64,000 bases of DNA. It comes from Nitrospirota bacterium. GTDB lineage: Bacteria > Nitrospirota > UBA9217. The position numbers and the translations under genes are program-made. Location of the stretch: NCBI GenBank assembly GCA_963737155.1, contig CAVTRN010000002.1:2752001-2816000 (forward strand). The letters run 5' to 3'. Below the pieces are notes generated by a model that saw only the letters and a program-made list of their open reading frames with translations, was not told where the DNA came from and ran no database searches. Positions 49,532-59,105 of the stretch are shown here, in pieces (positions within the stretch are counted from its first letter, which is position 1; every line of letters begins with the position of its first letter).

Positions 49532-50383
49532 TTACTGAGCGGAGAACGCCTTTTCAATATCGGGCATGGCCTTAACCAGTTTGTCACCCACCACTTGTAA
49601 ATCCCCGTCGGATATTGAGTATTTCCTCAGCAGCGCTTCGAATTTATCGGACCACATGCTATCACCTTCCTTCCGGCTAACGTACCTCCCTGCAAGCGCA
49701 TCGGCAAGCGCAACTACGGCCGTTATTTCCTTTTGCTCCGTTGCAAGCTCCGGGTGATGGTGGAATTTGATGATCATCGAAAGGTCCTTGGGCATACCAA
49801 GTTCCTCAATGAGCCAAGCCCCAGCGTCCGCGTGGGTGCAGCCGAAAAGCGTCAGTTCCCACTCAAGCAAATCGGTTCCCGGAGCGATGGAGATGAATTT
49901 TTTCTGGTCTATATTGCAGAAAATGACCCGGCCAATGTCGTGCAGAAGACCGGCGAGAAAACACTCTCCCGGAATGGTCATAGGGATAAGATCGGTGAGC
50001 ACCGAGGCGAGGAACCCTACTTCATAACCGTGTATCCAGAGATTCTCAACAGTAAAAAAGCCTTTTGTAGGCATGACGTTCATAATCGTCATGCCGATGG
50101 CGATAAACTTGATTCGGTCGAAGCCGAGAAACATGATGGCCTGTTCAATGTCCTTGATCTGTCCTGAGCGGGCGAAGGCAGCGGAGTTCGCCATGCGCAG
50201 GACACGCTGGGCAAGCGCTTGGTCAAAAGTGATAAGCTTGTGGAGGTCACCGGTGGATGCGTTTTCATCCTTCACGGTATTGAGGATCTTGCCCAGGAGC
50301 ACGGGAATCGTGGACAGGTCTTGAATCCCCCTGATATACTGCTTAACGTCACTTTCTGTAATTGGTTGCCTCAAAGCAGACAT
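49532..50383 (-). CDS. HDOD-domain protein
   Basis: DQALAQRVLRMANSA, AGLLHDIG, THADAG, FHHHP. Confidence 0.88.
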   Translation of the reverse strand: MSALRQPITESDVKQYIRGIQDLSTIPVLLGKILNTVKDENASTGDLHKLITFDQALAQRVLRMANSAAFARSGQIKDIEQAIMFLGFDRIKFIAIGMTIMNVMPTKGFFTVENLWIHGYEVGFLASVLTDLIPMTIPGECFLAGLLHDIGRVIFCNIDQKKFISIAPGTDLLEWELTLFGCTHADAGAWLIEELGMPKDLSMIIKFHHHPELATEQKEITAVVALADALAGRYVSRKEGDSMWSDKFEALLRKYSISDGDLQVVGDKLVKAMPDIEKAFSAQ

Positions 50384-50455
50384 AGTTCTCACCTAGCTTC
50401 AATTTTAAAATCTTTTTTCTCTTATCGGCAACAGACATTATAACTTTAACGAGCG

Positions 50456-50640
50456 TTGACATCCTCCCCACCAGAAGGCCGAGGATTCCCGAATAAGTCT
50501 GTGTAACTGCTGAGAGGCACTGCAGGTTCGGTTCGCAGATGCGGCGGCAGGATGTTTGCCGCGTCCCCGGCTTATGGGCTGATGTAGCTGGGCTAGTATT
50601 TCTCCAGATAAACCGGTTAACCGCAGGCAACGAAAACGAA
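50456..50640 (-). mobile_element. Orphan IS200/IS605 tnpB 3' end / right-end relic
   Basis: GGGAATCCTCGGCCTTCTGGTGGGGAGGATGTCAA resembles the 10558-10592 end; left boundary approximate. Confidence 0.5.
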
Positions 50641-50697
50641 CATGAATAATAACCTTGAATAAACTACGAAAGATCAGCGAAAGGGCAAGCGTGAAGA

Positions 50698-51092
50698 ATC
50701 GGATAGGATGCGAGGTAGCCCCCCATCGTCCGTACACAGCACCGTACGGTCGTGTGTACAGTTAGACATGTTAGGCATCTCAAGTTCCCATTGAAGGACT
50801 TGCAGATTTGTGTTTTCCATTATCGCCGTAAACATTTTTCGTTCTCGCCATGTTCTCTTGCAGGCCCCACCAGCTACTTTCCTGAAGTCATCCGGCATTT
50901 TAGCCGTCCTGTGTGTGCGTTTCCTTCATTCAGCGAGACCTCGTTTCTATTCGTCAGGCCAGGATTTACTGACAGTTTCTTCATACTCTGAGCCACCCCT
51001 GACACCTTTGATGTTCGGATAATGGTTCCTGCCGATAAGGACATAAAGATCTTGCACCTCCGAGTCACCAATCACCATGGCTGACCAGCCAA
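50698..51092 (-). mobile_element. Degenerate ORF-less group II intron (IIC-like)
   Basis: 3' end CCGTACGGTGCTGTG..GGACG..GGGGGCTACCTCGCATCCTATCCGAT (DV/DVI-like); internal GGCCTGACGAATAGAAAC; lies just downstream of a terminator. Confidence 0.65.
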
Positions 51093-51126
51093 TACTAAAA
51101 GGACGGAACGTCAAGCCTGACAAACC

Positions 51127-51163
51127 AAAATAAAACCGCTGTCTACAGAGAAGAGACAGCGGT
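51127..51163 (-). terminator. Rho-independent terminator after the hesB-like gene
   Basis: ACCGCTGTCT..AGACAGCGGT followed by TTTATTTT. Confidence 0.75.
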
Positions 51164-51186
51164 CGAGAAAGCCAGCCTATGATAAT

Positions 51187-51489
51187 TCAACAGCTGCAAG
51201 AGGGACTGCAGGAACTCGGCTGCATGCCCGTAAGCACAAATCCCTGGTTTTCCTGAAAGTCAATGGTGGTATTCGTAAGCATACCCGTTGCGCGCTCCTC
51301 CAAGAAAATCCTAAGCCCCTGCATATCCAAGGTCGTATCACCGGTCTGGGGCGCTTTGGCTATGTCCATAGCCAGAGAAGGGCTTCAACCGCCTGGAACG
51401 ACAAATATCCTTACTCCGTCTCCGGCTGTGCCCTGCTTAGAAACGATTTCCTTGAATTTCCCAACCGCGTTATTTGATATATTTACCAT
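51187..51489 (-). CDS. HesB/IscA-like selenoprotein (UGA at codon 35)
   Basis: GAGGAGG RBS; MVNISNNAV..GVRIFVVPGG-U-SPSLAM..IDF..CSPSCSC; hairpin 11 nt after UGA. Confidence 0.85.
51359..51373 (-). promoter_or_regulatory. Candidate bacterial SECIS hairpin
   Basis: GGCTAT-GGAC-ATAGCC beginning 11 nt 3' of the in-frame UGA (51385-51387). Confidence 0.65.
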
Positions 51490-51702
51490 GCTTCCTCCTC
51501 GCTGTATGTCGATGTAACACACCCTGATAGTTCAGAGCTCATTTAATTCATATATATATTACCAGTCTGATTCTCCCTGCGCAACTGCTTTCTCATCGTA
51601 AAACAGCGTTTGATTGTAGCGGAATATCCAGCCAGAGATCAATTTAAGAATACAGATATCTGAAAAAAAGATAATGAAAAAGCAGGTCTCACTCATTGAG
51701 AA

Positions 51703-52170
51703 TTAACTTTTTGTCTGTTTCAGTGTCTCGATAAACTCTTCTATCCTTGCCCTGATTTCGTCCCTTGCCCTCCTAAAATCCTTCATAACCTCTTCCGCGG
51801 TGCCGATAGCGGTGATAGGGTCTTTGATTGGCCAGTGAATGTGTTGTATACTTGAAGGGGTCAGCGGGCATGGCTCATCCCCATAGCCGCAGAGCGTCAC
51901 AATAATATCCATGGTCATAAGAATTTTTTCATCGATTCTTTTAGATTTTTGCTTCGAAATATCAATATCAATTTCCTTCAACACGGAAACGGCCCGTGGA
52001 TGTACTCCCGCAGCAAGAAGACCCGCGCTGAAGGGCTCGATTAATCCCTTGCCGAACTCTCGCGCAAGTCCCTCAGCCATCTGGCTCCGGCATGCATTAC
52101 CGATACACAGGAACATCACTTTTAGGGGAGATGACTTTATCATACTTATTATATCATGCTCATGGATCAC
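51703..52170 (-). CDS. arsC: Thioredoxin-type arsenate reductase (LMW-PTP fold)
   Basis: FLCIGNACRSQMAEG, VTLCG..EPCP, HWPIKDP, FRRARDEI. Confidence 0.9.
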   Translation of the reverse strand: MIHEHDIISMIKSSPLKVMFLCIGNACRSQMAEGLAREFGKGLIEPFSAGLLAAGVHPRAVSVLKEIDIDISKQKSKRIDEKILMTMDIIVTLCGYGDEPCPLTPSSIQHIHWPIKDPITAIGTAEEVMKDFRRARDEIRARIEEFIETLKQTKS

Positions 52171-53168
52171 TGCATTGGCTTGTCCAGCAGATTTCTAATG
52201 CCATCGGTTGTATATACTTTTCCATTTTCGTCAACAATGATGGCCTCCGCGCCGACACTTTTCACGATCTGAAGACCCTTTTCCGGACCAAGAATAAATG
52301 GCGCCTTTGTGAGTGGATCAATGAGCGCTCCCTTGTTCCCGATCAGGGTCGCAGAGATGACTCCCTTCGACGGCTTCCCGGTCCGGGGGTCAATAATATG
52401 ATGATACCGCTTATTTCCTCTCATGACGTACCGTTCATAATCGCCCGAGGTGGAAATATATTTATCGCTTAGGTCGAGCACAGCCAGCGTCTTATCAAGC
52501 TCCCGCGGGTGCTGCACGCCAATATGCCACGGCTTGCCATCCTCGCGGTGTCCCATGACCCAGATATCGCCGGCAACGGCTATGATCGCATTGGTTATTC
52601 CGCGCTTTCTGATTACGTCTGCAGCTCGATCCGCCGTATATCCTTTCATGCCTCCTAAATCCAAGATCATGCCACGTTTCTTTAGAAATATCGTCGAAGC
52701 TTTCCGATCGACCTCTATATTCCGATAGTTAACCAGTGGCCTGATACGCGTGATTTCACCATCCGTGGGAATTTTCCCCTCCTTGAGCCGCATCTGCCAG
52801 AGAACTACAAGCGGTCCAATCGATATGTCGAAAACGCCGCCGGATAGCTTTGAAACCACTGAGGCATCATCAACAACTTCAATCATTTCCGGTGATACCT
52901 TGACCGGATGCTTCCCAGCCGCAAGGTTCACCCTCGTTATTTCACTATCATTCTTGTAAAGTGACATCATGGCATCAAGTCGGCGAAGCTCCGCCATGCC
53001 CGCGTCAATGGCCGCTGCGCCTTCTTTCACCGTCCTCGCCACAACCGTAATTGTCACATCGGTACCCATGATTGCTTCCGTCTTTTGAACAGTCTTGGGT
53101 CCGTAGGAGGAGCATCCGGCTGCGATAAGAATAAGTGTGGAAAAAATGATCCCTGAAAGTCTCGTCAT
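52167..53168 (-). CDS. apbE: FAD:protein FMN transferase lipoprotein
   Basis: Lipobox AAGC, MGTDV, DLGGMKGY, STSGDYERY, HHIIDPRTG. Confidence 0.93.
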   Translation of the reverse strand: MTRLSGIIFSTLILIAAGCSSYGPKTVQKTEAIMGTDVTITVVARTVKEGAAAIDAGMAELRRLDAMMSLYKNDSEITRVNLAAGKHPVKVSPEMIEVVDDASVVSKLSGGVFDISIGPLVVLWQMRLKEGKIPTDGEITRIRPLVNYRNIEVDRKASTIFLKKRGMILDLGGMKGYTADRAADVIRKRGITNAIIAVAGDIWVMGHREDGKPWHIGVQHPRELDKTLAVLDLSDKYISTSGDYERYVMRGNKRYHHIIDPRTGKPSKGVISATLIGNKGALIDPLTKAPFILGPEKGLQIVKSVGAEAIIVDENGKVYTTDGIRNLLDKPMQ

Positions 53169-53236
53169 AATACTCCCGGAGCTGCAAAACAATTTAAACG
53201 GAACAAGAGACAATTGCCCAGAGCAAGGGTTGGAAT

Positions 53237-53989
53237 TTACCCCTTGCCGAACTTTTTCTTTATAAGATAGTTCTTTGCTGCAATCCTGACCGGCGTCGGG
53301 ATGTTGCGGCTTTTTTCAAGAATGTTGAGTTCGCGGTTGCTCAACCGGTTGATAAACCCGAGCGATATGCCAATCGGTGTTTTGGGATTGCTCACCAGTG
53401 CCGATGCTACCGATATTTTTTTTGACCACTCGCTGTTAGTCCCAATTTTGCGTATCACATCTTCGCTCATATTGGCCGATTTAGCGAAGAACTCGATCTC
53501 GCCTGTGGTAATCCGTGGATTGTCTAGTACGCTCGTAGCAATTATCTTGCTTGGTTCCCGGATCAGCAGGCCCCGAGCCTCTTTGCCACCCACCAGTGCA
53601 AGCTTAATCTTCTGCGGCATCGTCATCATCTGGATGAGCTGCAGGATGTTGAGCTTTTTCCCGCTTTCGGCATGTTCATCGCCGGAGGCTTCCCCCATCA
53701 CTACATCGACCACCCGCGTACTGGCAATGAAGTGCTTCATATTCTCCGAGGCCGTCAACGCAATGAAGGCGAGCGTTGTCTCTTCCACATTGGGACAACG
53801 GACAAGAGCCTGTAAAACTTCCTCGTCGTCACAGTAGACCTGGGCAATCTTGTCGAGGACGTCGGCGGGAGTGTGGACATCGAGAATGATAGCCCGAAGC
53901 GATATCGGCGAGCAGTGTTCTATGTCTAGGGGAAGCTGCCGCTTGTACCTCCTCGCGCATATGATTTTCCATTTTGAGCTCTGGTACAT
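53237..53989 (-). CDS. Conserved hypothetical helical-repeat protein
   Basis: QKIKLALVGGKEARGLLIR, VLDNPRIT, LVSNPKTP; start uncertain (53989 or 54031). Confidence 0.75.
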   Translation of the reverse strand: MYQSSKWKIICARRYKRQLPLDIEHCSPISLRAIILDVHTPADVLDKIAQVYCDDEEVLQALVRCPNVEETTLAFIALTASENMKHFIASTRVVDVVMGEASGDEHAESGKKLNILQLIQMMTMPQKIKLALVGGKEARGLLIREPSKIIATSVLDNPRITTGEIEFFAKSANMSEDVIRKIGTNSEWSKKISVASALVSNPKTPIGISLGFINRLSNRELNILEKSRNIPTPVRIAAKNYLIKKKFGKG

Positions 53990-54330
53990 GTACTGCCTCA
54001 CTATCCCGCTGAAATGGCTGGCTCTCGGCATGAGACTTTGGTTAATAAGTTCTATAAGTTTTTATGCAATCATTGCAAGCGAAACACGGCTAATGTTTGT
54101 AAGCCATTGAAAAATAAAATTGTAGTCCTGGCAATGGCGACTTAATAGAAATAGATTTACGTCCATAATAACTAACCCATTCTATATCGCCTCGAGCTAA
54201 CTGGATTAATGCGTGTGATAACAATTAAGGAGCCGCCGGGCGTTCGGCAGCAAAAGACGACCCTTCTCCCTGATGAGCGGGTAAAATAACAAAGAGCACT
54301 CCCTGCTTTTGCTCGATTCCGGGCCTCTTC

Positions 54331-54537
54331 TTAAATAACTTTGTAGCCAGCCTCGACAATGGCGAGTGACAATTTGTCCGGGGACACTTTGGCGTTGTCA
54401 TATGTTACCTCTGCTTCGGCCTTCTGCAGGTCTACCTGTGCATCCTGCACGCCTGGTATTGCCTTGAGCGCTTTCTCGACCCGCATCACACAGTGATTGC
54501 AGGTCATGCCCTGGATCTTGAGATTTGCTTTTGTCAT
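54331..54537 (-). CDS. copZ: Copper chaperone (HMA domain)
   Basis: GMTCNHC; GAGGAGG RBS. Confidence 0.92.
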   Translation of the reverse strand: MTKANLKIQGMTCNHCVMRVEKALKAIPGVQDAQVDLQKAEAEVTYDNAKVSPDKLSLAIVEAGYKVI

Positions 54538-54634
54538 TCGTTCCTCCTCATAACACTCAACAACACCAATTCCTGCTTCATGATACACAATTCATGATGG
54601 TATAAGCAAGATAACTGAAGACAGGGGAAAAGTG

Positions 54635-55742
54635 AAGTTTTTTTCGTACCAAAGCAAATCCTGATTCGGCCTTTGTCCAAATCGTACTTTAGCTTTTCCA
54701 GTTTCTGCACCGATGAATGGAGCTTCCGTTTTTTGTTATGGACCGCAAACCGGAGAGACTTCACCCTAGGCGTTTTCTCATGTCCGGACAATTTTTCGTC
54801 TTTGCGTATGTCAATGACATTGTTCTCTTTGGTTCTAATCCATTTTCGCACAGATTTTATTTTTTGTTCGAGCTTTACAACCCGCAGTTTCAATATCTCA
54901 ACCGCGGAACTGATATTGCCGTCAAGATCGTAGCGGATAGCGTTAAACTGCTGGGCGGTAATACCATACTTAACAAGATACTCATTTTTGAATGAAATGG
55001 GTTTGTTGCCGGAACGAATGCTGTCTTTAAAGAGAGAGCGTTTGATGTGCCCGTATGAGTCGCCGATATCGTCAAGAACATGATAAAGAGACTTCTTTGT
55101 GTCCAGGTAAGACATGTCAATTAGCAAAGTTTGAGCGGTAAAAGAAAGTGTTTCACTTTTGCCGCTCTTGGCCTTGTTATCCTTATTACTTGCCATTTTC
55201 CAAGGCCTCCAGAGCTTTTTTTGCTTTATTGGCCGCTAACCGGCGTCCGTAGAGCCTTGCGCAAAACGATGTCAATATTTCAATCATGTCCTGCACCAAA
55301 TCATCCTTACGTTCGGTTTGGTCTACAATAATAAGTTGACGACCTTGAGTTCGAAGTGCTGATTCTCAGATCCAAACCGCATAAGCCGGTCACGATGCAA
55401 GGCGACAATAATACTGACGTTGGAGTCGTTATAAGAAGTAATATTATACAATATATTTACACTCTTGTCCAAAATAGCTTTTTGTTTTGGACAGCATTTT
55501 GACTTGAAACGGAGCCCGAGAATTTATCGATTGTTTAATACAGCACTAAACCTCTTTGTTTTGCAGATAAAATGGCTTAATCATCGAGAAAACAAGTAAT
55601 TTGAGCGTCCTTCGATATAATTGGACAGCATACTGAACCGCAAAGGGACCTCGATATAGGGGCTGTATCATCATTCATAAAATCAAGGTGTTTTCTTCTC
55701 TATTTTGGACAGCAGTGATATAAATATTAACAGTATTCAACC
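54635..55742 (-). mobile_element. Second, decayed copy of the IS607 element
   Basis: Near-identical to 33710-34510 and to the left end; tnpB 3'-truncated, tnpA internally deleted and frameshifted. Confidence 0.9.
55460..55717. mobile_element. 258-bp MITE nested in the IS607 left end
   Basis: TIRs CACTCTTGTCCAAAATAG / CTATTTTGGACAGCAGTG (16 of 18 match); imperfect 9-bp flanking duplication ATATATTTA/ATATAAATA; absent from copy 1. Confidence 0.75.
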
Positions 55743-56131
55743 CTTGGGATGTTTGTGGGTACCATAACTATCCACGATCAAATGCAGGCCAAGTTCAGCC
55801 GGGATTTCACTTTCTAGTTTATTAAGGAAACAGATACACTCGGATGCCGATGGCGAGGAATACATCATACATGACCTTATAATAAGTCATGTTATTTATG
55901 GGACATTTGATTCAGAGTTGCATTGTCGACACATTTGCTATTGCTGTCTTCAAAGGCTGATTTCTCATCAATAGTTTCTACTGAAAAACTCATAATTCAA
56001 TCTAACCGAATCACGTCCCTTTTGTCAAGAAATGGCTAACTACACGAGTATCATGGCCGCATCAGGTCAACAGTTCTCCAAAAATTAAGCTTCTTCGGTC
56101 TTACATGAGTTCATTCATTCTTTCTTTATTC

Positions 56132-56160
56132 TTGACAATAGATGTCGAATCTGTTAACTT
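56132..56160 (+). promoter_or_regulatory. Sigma70 promoter
   Basis: TTGACA-N17-TAACTT with extended TG. Confidence 0.55.
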
Positions 56161-56194
56161 AAGGAATCCTATAGAGGAAGGGAGGTGAAACAGA

Positions 56195-56428
56195 ATGAAG
56201 AAGATTATTGCTCTTTTCACGGCAATGGCATTTGCCCTGACCCTCGGCGTAGCTTTCGCACAGGAAACAGCACCGGCACCTGCACCAGAGAAGAAAATGG
56301 CAGCTCCGGCAAAGACAACAAAGAAGAAAGCTACCAAGAAGAAGACAACAACGAAAAAGAAAACTGCAAAGAAGAAGACAACAGCAGCTCCGGCGGCAGC
56401 CCCAGCGGCAGCTCCAGCAACAAAGTAG
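56195..56428 (+). CDS. Small secreted Lys/Ala/Thr/Pro-rich protein
   Basis: GGAGGT RBS, signal peptide ending AFA, KKKATKKKTT repeats. Confidence 0.85.
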   Translation: MKKIIALFTAMAFALTLGVAFAQETAPAPAPEKKMAAPAKTTKKKATKKKTTTKKKTAKKKTTAAPAAAPAAAPATK

Positions 56429-56499
56429 TTTCACCCATACCGCTCATTTATTATTCCTAAGCGGAAAGAAAGTTATCTTGAATGAACAAGTGATTTTAG

Positions 56500-56528
56500 G
56501 CAGGCGGAAATACCGCCTGCTTTTTTTT
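56500..56528 (+). terminator. Rho-independent terminator
   Basis: GCAGGCGG-AAATA-CCGCCTGC followed by T8. Confidence 0.85.
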
Positions 56529-56560
56529 GCGCTGAACGTTCCAGTTTTTTCCTCCGCACC

Positions 56561-57496
56561 CTAATCCCACACCAGGAACAGCCGCTTGGTCTTTTTTAAA
56601 TCTTTCACCATCCCTTCAGTGGTGCCCGGCCCCTCATCAATAGAATCGGGACTGAATTCGTAAACTTCTCTGGCAAACGCCTTCAGGTCTTTGGGCAGTT
56701 TCTTAAACTCGAGCTCGACCCACTCGCTGTCTGCACCGATGATCTCAAAGGAAGATATCTTCTCCCAGTCCCGAAGCCGGTCAATAATATCCCGGTTGGT
56801 AATTTCATACTCGTCACCGTTAGTATGCATGATACGAAGAATCTCATACTGGTCCGTGCCTTTAATGATACCTATTTTATCCGCCTTGAGCCCTGTATTC
56901 ATCTCTATGATGAATGCCATGTATTTATGGGGCAACAGCTTGCGGCGGAGCGAAGCAAGAATGCTGTCTGATTTATCTTCGGGGACAGATACGGCAATGC
57001 CTGAAGCGATAATCTGGTATCCATCCTCATCATAGCCGACCAGCCTCTGGATGCGTTCGTGGGTTTCCTCCTTGATCATGATGAGCACTAACCGGTCAAA
57101 CTTGAGGATTCGCGCGATTTCCTCGGCATATGGCGAAAGGGCAACATGGGTGACAGTCGGCCTGCTTACGGCTGTGGCAGCCGCGCTGGTGGTCATACTG
57201 CTCGTAATGCCGATGTGCAGGGTATTTGTTGTCCTAGTGGCTATGCTGGCCGTCATGCCGCTTACGAGGCTGTTCGTTGTCTTGGTGGCCATGCTGGCTG
57301 TCATGCCGCTTACGAGGCTATTCGTTGTTTTGGTGGCCATGCTGGCTGTCATGCCGCTCACCGGGCTATTTGCATCATTATTCCCCGCAGTGCGCGTCGT
57401 ATCGCTAATAGCATGACCAGTGATGGCCACAATCAGCAATGTAGCACCGATCGCGACAAGAAGCAACCGTCGTTGGAAGATCTTCTTTATAACCAC
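56561..57496 (-). CDS. DUF4253-domain exported protein with Ser/Thr-rich repeats
   Basis: N-terminal signal/TM; TNGDEY, FAREVYEFSPDSIDEG, LFLVWD terminus. Confidence 0.8.
   Translation of the reverse strand: MVIKKIFQRRLLLVAIGATLLIVAITGHAISDTTRTAGNNDANSPVSGMTASMATKTTNSLVSGMTASMATKTTNSLVSGMTASIATRTTNTLHIGITSSMTTSAAATAVSRPTVTHVALSPYAEEIARILKFDRLVLIMIKEETHERIQRLVGYDEDGYQIIASGIAVSVPEDKSDSILASLRRKLLPHKYMAFIIEMNTGLKADKIGIIKGTDQYEILRIMHTNGDEYEITNRDIIDRLRDWEKISSFEIIGADSEWVELEFKKLPKDLKAFAREVYEFSPDSIDEGPGTTEGMVKDLKKTKRLFLVWD
57179..57370 (-). repeat. 48-bp (16-aa) coding tandem repeat, three near-perfect copies plus one degenerate
   Basis: NSLVSGMTASMATKTT units. Confidence 0.9.
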
Positions 57497-57720
57497 AAAT
57501 ACTCTCCCTGAGGATAATCGACCGATCTGGATCGAATAATAATAAAATTATCAGCACGACTTAAAACAAGCGCTATTATACTATCATAGTATGAACTTTT
57601 ATACCAAAATGTTTTACATGCCCACATACACAATATACTGAGATGAATATGCTGGATTGGTTTGGTTTCGGAAATCTTTATGCCGAGAGACATCTTCAAA
57701 ATACTTATCGACCAAAAAAC

Positions 57721-58250
57721 AGTAGATACCCACGGGCTTACGCCCATAGTACTTTTAAAAACCTAACTTCAACTACCCTTATCAACTATTTCTTTAAATT
57801 TAGCATATCGCCTGAATATCTCTAATTTAATCCGTAGGTGAAAAAACCCGAGTGACCAGACTTGATCTCACCAATATCTGGTCTTGATCCAGGTAAACTT
57901 TTTTTGCCACTCTACTTGAATTCACCTTTACTTTTCCCACGATCATTGATACCGAATATCTCACTTACCGAATGCTCACGATCTTCATGACTGTACGTTC
58001 GATGTCTATGCCACGATGATACGTTTCAAGATCCTGCAGCCGCTTTTCTACTAATCGTTTCCGATCACCATTCAATGTTTCGCTTCCGATACTTGAATAT
58101 CCATAGTATGTAGTAAATGTAGCAACGGTGATGATATGCACCATCGGCACTATGTCGAAATTCCATGTTGCCATTGTATCATTAAAAACATTACCAGCCT
58201 ACGGCCGGTACGCTTTTATCCACGGGATTACATCCGTGATCTTCAACGCT
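57721..58250 (-). mobile_element. Degenerate IS200-type element (tnpA pseudogene), copy A
   Basis: Terminal hairpins CCCACGGGCTTACGCCC and CCACGGGATTACATCCGTG; broken Y1 transposase frame; direct repeat of copy B. Confidence 0.8.
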
Positions 58251-58408
58251 TTTTTTTGACGAAATTATTCAACATCGTCCGCGAAGGGCATCCATGACTC
58301 CTTTTCACTTCGTCGATTTCCGGGTAGAGACCCCTATTTGTCCCATCCCCCCAGTTTGTGTGAATAGCATCGCAACGATAATGAGGGGACCTTGCAGAAA
58401 CATGTCGT

Positions 58409-59044
58409 TTAGATATGTCTTGAAGGGCAAATGTCGGACAAAACGCACACGTCATGATTGGGGTTCCTAGACATGCAAACTTTTCTACCGTGAAAGATAA
58501 GGAGATGAGACAAATTGCCCCACTCTTTATGCGGTGTTATCTTTACCAGGTCGGCTTCGATCTTCACCGGGTCCACCTGTTTGGTAAGACCTAAACGGTA
58601 GGCGAGACGCTTGACGTGGGTGTCGACGGCAATGCCTTCGTTGATTCCGTAAGCGCTCGATAGTACAATATTTGCCGTCTTCCGGGCCACGCCAGGAAGA
58701 GTGATTAGTTCCTTCATGGTTTTCGGAACATTCCCACCGTATTGCAAGAGAACCATCTTCGCGGTATTGCAAATATTCTTTGCCTTGTTCCGGTAAAAGT
58801 TAACCGATGCGACATCCTTTTCCAGCTTTTCGGGTGAACAATCCGCAAAGTCCTCGATGGTGCGGTACTTCTTGAATAGTTTCTCAGTCACTTTGTTCAC
58901 TTGGATGTCCGTGGTCTGCGCGGAGAGTATCGTTGCGGCGAGAAGTTCGAAAGGATTAGAATAATGCAAGGCCGTTTGCGGCGTTCCTGCATATTCTTTT
59001 TTGAGTCCTTTCAGGATTTTCGTTAAACGTTTTTTATTGTCCAT
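58409..59044 (-). CDS. nth: Endonuclease III
   Basis: ILSAQTTD, LPGVARKTAN, AVDTHV, C-terminal Cys cluster with one Cys replaced by His. Confidence 0.95.
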   Translation of the reverse strand: MDNKKRLTKILKGLKKEYAGTPQTALHYSNPFELLAATILSAQTTDIQVNKVTEKLFKKYRTIEDFADCSPEKLEKDVASVNFYRNKAKNICNTAKMVLLQYGGNVPKTMKELITLPGVARKTANIVLSSAYGINEGIAVDTHVKRLAYRLGLTKQVDPVKIEADLVKITPHKEWGNLSHLLIFHGRKVCMSRNPNHDVCVLSDICPSRHI

Positions 59045-59105
59045 GCCCCTCTCCTTTTTTCTCCGAAAGCAGCGATTGACCGAAAAAGATCGGTTATTGA
59101 CAAAT

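Noticed and set aside
54265-54330. CTGATGAG resembling a hammerhead ribozyme core
   Set aside because: No downstream GAAA or compatible stems
55869-55892. Palindrome ACATGACCTTATAATAAGTCATGT
   Set aside because: Single occurrence that cannot be assigned to a regulator or element
57179-57370. Tandem repeats as a possible CRISPR array
   Set aside because: No unique spacers; in-frame coding repeat; no cas genes
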